Positions 61,296-64,000 of a stretch of 64,000 nt of DNA are shown here, one piece after another. The stretch is from the human T2T-CHM13v2.0 reference genome, Homo sapiens. Both the position numbers and the translations under genes were made by a program. The stretch lies in the NCBI RefSeq assembly GCF_009914755.1, contig NC_060940.1. The stretch is one strand, 5' to 3'. The first letter of the stretch is position 1; each line of letters opens with the position of its first letter. Below the pieces are notes generated by a model. The model saw only the letters and a list, made by a program, of their open reading frames with translations. It had not been told where the DNA came from and did not search any database.

Positions 61296-61540
61296 TAATT
61301 TTTTGTATTTTTAGTAGAGACGGGATTTCTCTATGTTGGCCAGGCTTGTCTGGAACTCTCGACCTCAGGTGATCCACCCGCCTCAGCCTCCCAAAGTCCT
61401 GGGATTAGAGGCGTGAGCCACCGCGCCTGACCTGATTTTTGTATTTTTAGTAGAGATGGGGTTTCACCATGTTGTGCCCAGGCTGGTCTGGAACTCCTGA
61501 CCTCAGGTGATCCACCCGCCTTGGCCTCCCAAAATGTTGA

Positions 61541-61957
<417 letters not shown>

Positions 61958-64000
61958 TAGCCAGGATGGTCTTGATCTCCTGACCCTGTGATCCGCCCAC
62001 CTTGGCCTCCCAAAGTGCTGGAATTACAGGTGTGAGCCATCATGCCCAGCCTTTTTGTTTGTTCTGAGGCAGAGTCTTGCCCTGTCACTCAGGGTGGATT
62101 GCAGTGGTAAGTTCACAGCTCACTGTAGCCTGGACCTCCCAGGCTCAGGTGATCTTCCCACCTCAGCCTCCTGAGTAGCTGAGACTAAAGGAGTGAACCA
62201 CCATGCCCGGCTAATTTTTAAAATTTTTTGTAGATATGGGGCTTTGTTGCTGAGGCTGGTCTGGAACTCCTGGACTCAAGTGATCCTCCTGCGTGGGCCT
62301 CCCAAAGTGCTGAGATTACAGATGTGAGCTACTATGCCCAGCCTTGGGCCTGAGGGGTTTAAGCCATGTTGGCTATCAGTTTCCCTGTTGGAGGAGTCCT
62401 TTCCAGGCTGTGCCTCAAGGCTGTGTTTTTGGCCTCCGTGATAGCATGTGTGGAGGATAGCCACGACTGGTACCAATTTTGGGGCCCTCACTGTAGGCCA
62501 TGCAAATCTGCTGGCATTCCCTGTGGGCTTCAGCAGACACATGAGAATCTTTCTGTGTGCCAGTCTGGAAGGAGTGATAGCGTCTTCTCGATCACTCTCC
62601 TGCCTCAGGCTAGGATCTCTGTCTGCTCTGTCTGCTTTGCTGAGATGGTAGAACAGGGTTGTGACCTCGAAGGTTTGAGAAAGCTGACATCATCCTCCAT
62701 GAAAACTCCTGTTGTTTGGACTCTAGGTTTGATGTGGAACTCTTCTGCCTGAGGCCTTTGTTTGGAGGTGGAAGCCCTGGTTCAGGACTGCCTTGCCCCT
62801 TTCTGAGAGAGCCAGGCTCAGAGGAGTGCTCTCACTGATGTAGTCTGTTCTTGTCTCCAGGCCCACGTTGTCACTAGAAGTCCTGACTCTGGAGAGGCCT
62901 CCAAATCTGGTCAGTCCAATTCCACCACCTATCAGCTGCTGACCTAGAGCGAGTTGGAGTTGGCTAACCTCGCTGAATCTCCTTTTGGTCATCTCTAACA
63001 AGGGGGTTGACTCACAGGGTGTGGTTACAAACAAGTGCACATAAGCTCTTTGCACATTTCTGTGCCTCATATGCATTAGTGAAAATGAAGTGTTCACAGC
63101 CAGACAGTTATTTTGAGTTTTGTTCTTGGAAACACTTAAAATTGGAAGATAAAAATGGAGTTTTTCTGTTGTCTAACGGGATCTCCTGGGTCAGAGGTTT
63201 TAACCTGGGATCTATGGCTGAACAGTTGAAAATTATTCACAAGGCTGGGGCATCTCTACCTCTGTGCAAATGTGTTGGGAGAGGGCCACAGTTGCTGAGA
63301 CATTCTTGGAGGGTCTTTGCACTCACAGAGACCTAAGGGTCAGTGAAGGCTGGTGTTCAGTGGGTGAGAGGTCATCAGAGTCTTTTCTGCTCCTCAAGGA
63401 GCCTGGCCTCAGCCTGCGGACTGTTGGGGTGAAGCAGGAGATGGTGTGGTCAGCGGCCCTCTCACAAGAGCTGTAGGAGAAGCTGTCATGATGGTCAGTC
63501 CCCAGTCTAATGTGAGGCTGCCTCTGAGCCCGGGCTTTTTTGTTTCCAGCCTGTTACTTGCACAGTAAATGTGTTAGAAACAAGATCAGAGCTTGCTGGC
63601 TATTCTGGGGAACATCTTCCAGCCTGGCCTGGACCCCTCCCTCATGTTGCATGGGGATAGGATGGGGGCTCTGCACTCTTGCTTCTTTTTTTGGACTCAA
63701 GAGTGTTGCCTCCCGTGGGAAGGGTGGGGATCGCAGGAGGGGACTTTCCTGTGTACAAAACATGGTGAGCAGGCTCTCGGTAGGTTCTGTTGTGTCTGTA
63801 TGTAGCTGGATCGAGGTAGGAGGGAATGGCTTAGGGAGATGGGGATGAGGGTGGATGGCCACCTGTGGAGCTTAGGGAGTTTGGCCTTTAAGCCAAAAGC
63901 AAGGGTGTTTGTAGGGGAGGAGCATGGTCAGCTTTGTGGTTTAGAGCTCAGGGATGCAGAGTTAGCAGAAAAAAGAGACGGGCCTTGACCAGAGGACCCA

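Overview
Human (or very close hominid) genomic DNA, recognisable as the gene-dense, extremely Alu-rich 16q22.1 cluster. In order: the 5' end of RANBP10 (minus strand, coding exons 1-2); a bidirectional CpG-island promoter; the complete 16-exon TSNAXIP1 gene (plus, 712 aa); the complete CENPT coding region (minus, 13 coding exons, 561 aa) converging tail-to-tail with it; single-exon THAP11/Ronin (plus, 314 aa, 29-Gln CAG/CAA tract); and the CpG-island promoter, first non-coding exon(s) and intron 1 of what is most likely NUTF2. Splice junctions were read by eye and give intact reading frames. Best observations: (1) an apparently very young, tail-less BC200 (BCYRN1) retrocopy with a 15-17 bp target-site duplication (TSD) inside an Alu; (2) an AluYa5 insertion; (3) THAP11/ZNF143-type ACTACAnnTCCC motifs at every promoter island, including THAP11's own; (4) palindromic RFX X-boxes and a duplicated, frameshifted start region producing a 103-aa overlapping spliced ORF in TSNAXIP1; (5) a ~154-bp micro-inversion inside nested Alus; (6) an Alu and an L1 inserted at the same target site; (7) a perfect 64-bp tandem duplication; (8) a 5'-truncated RPS11 processed pseudogene. 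Gene and repeat-family names come from recognising sequence from memory, not from database searches. Repeat boundaries are approximate.
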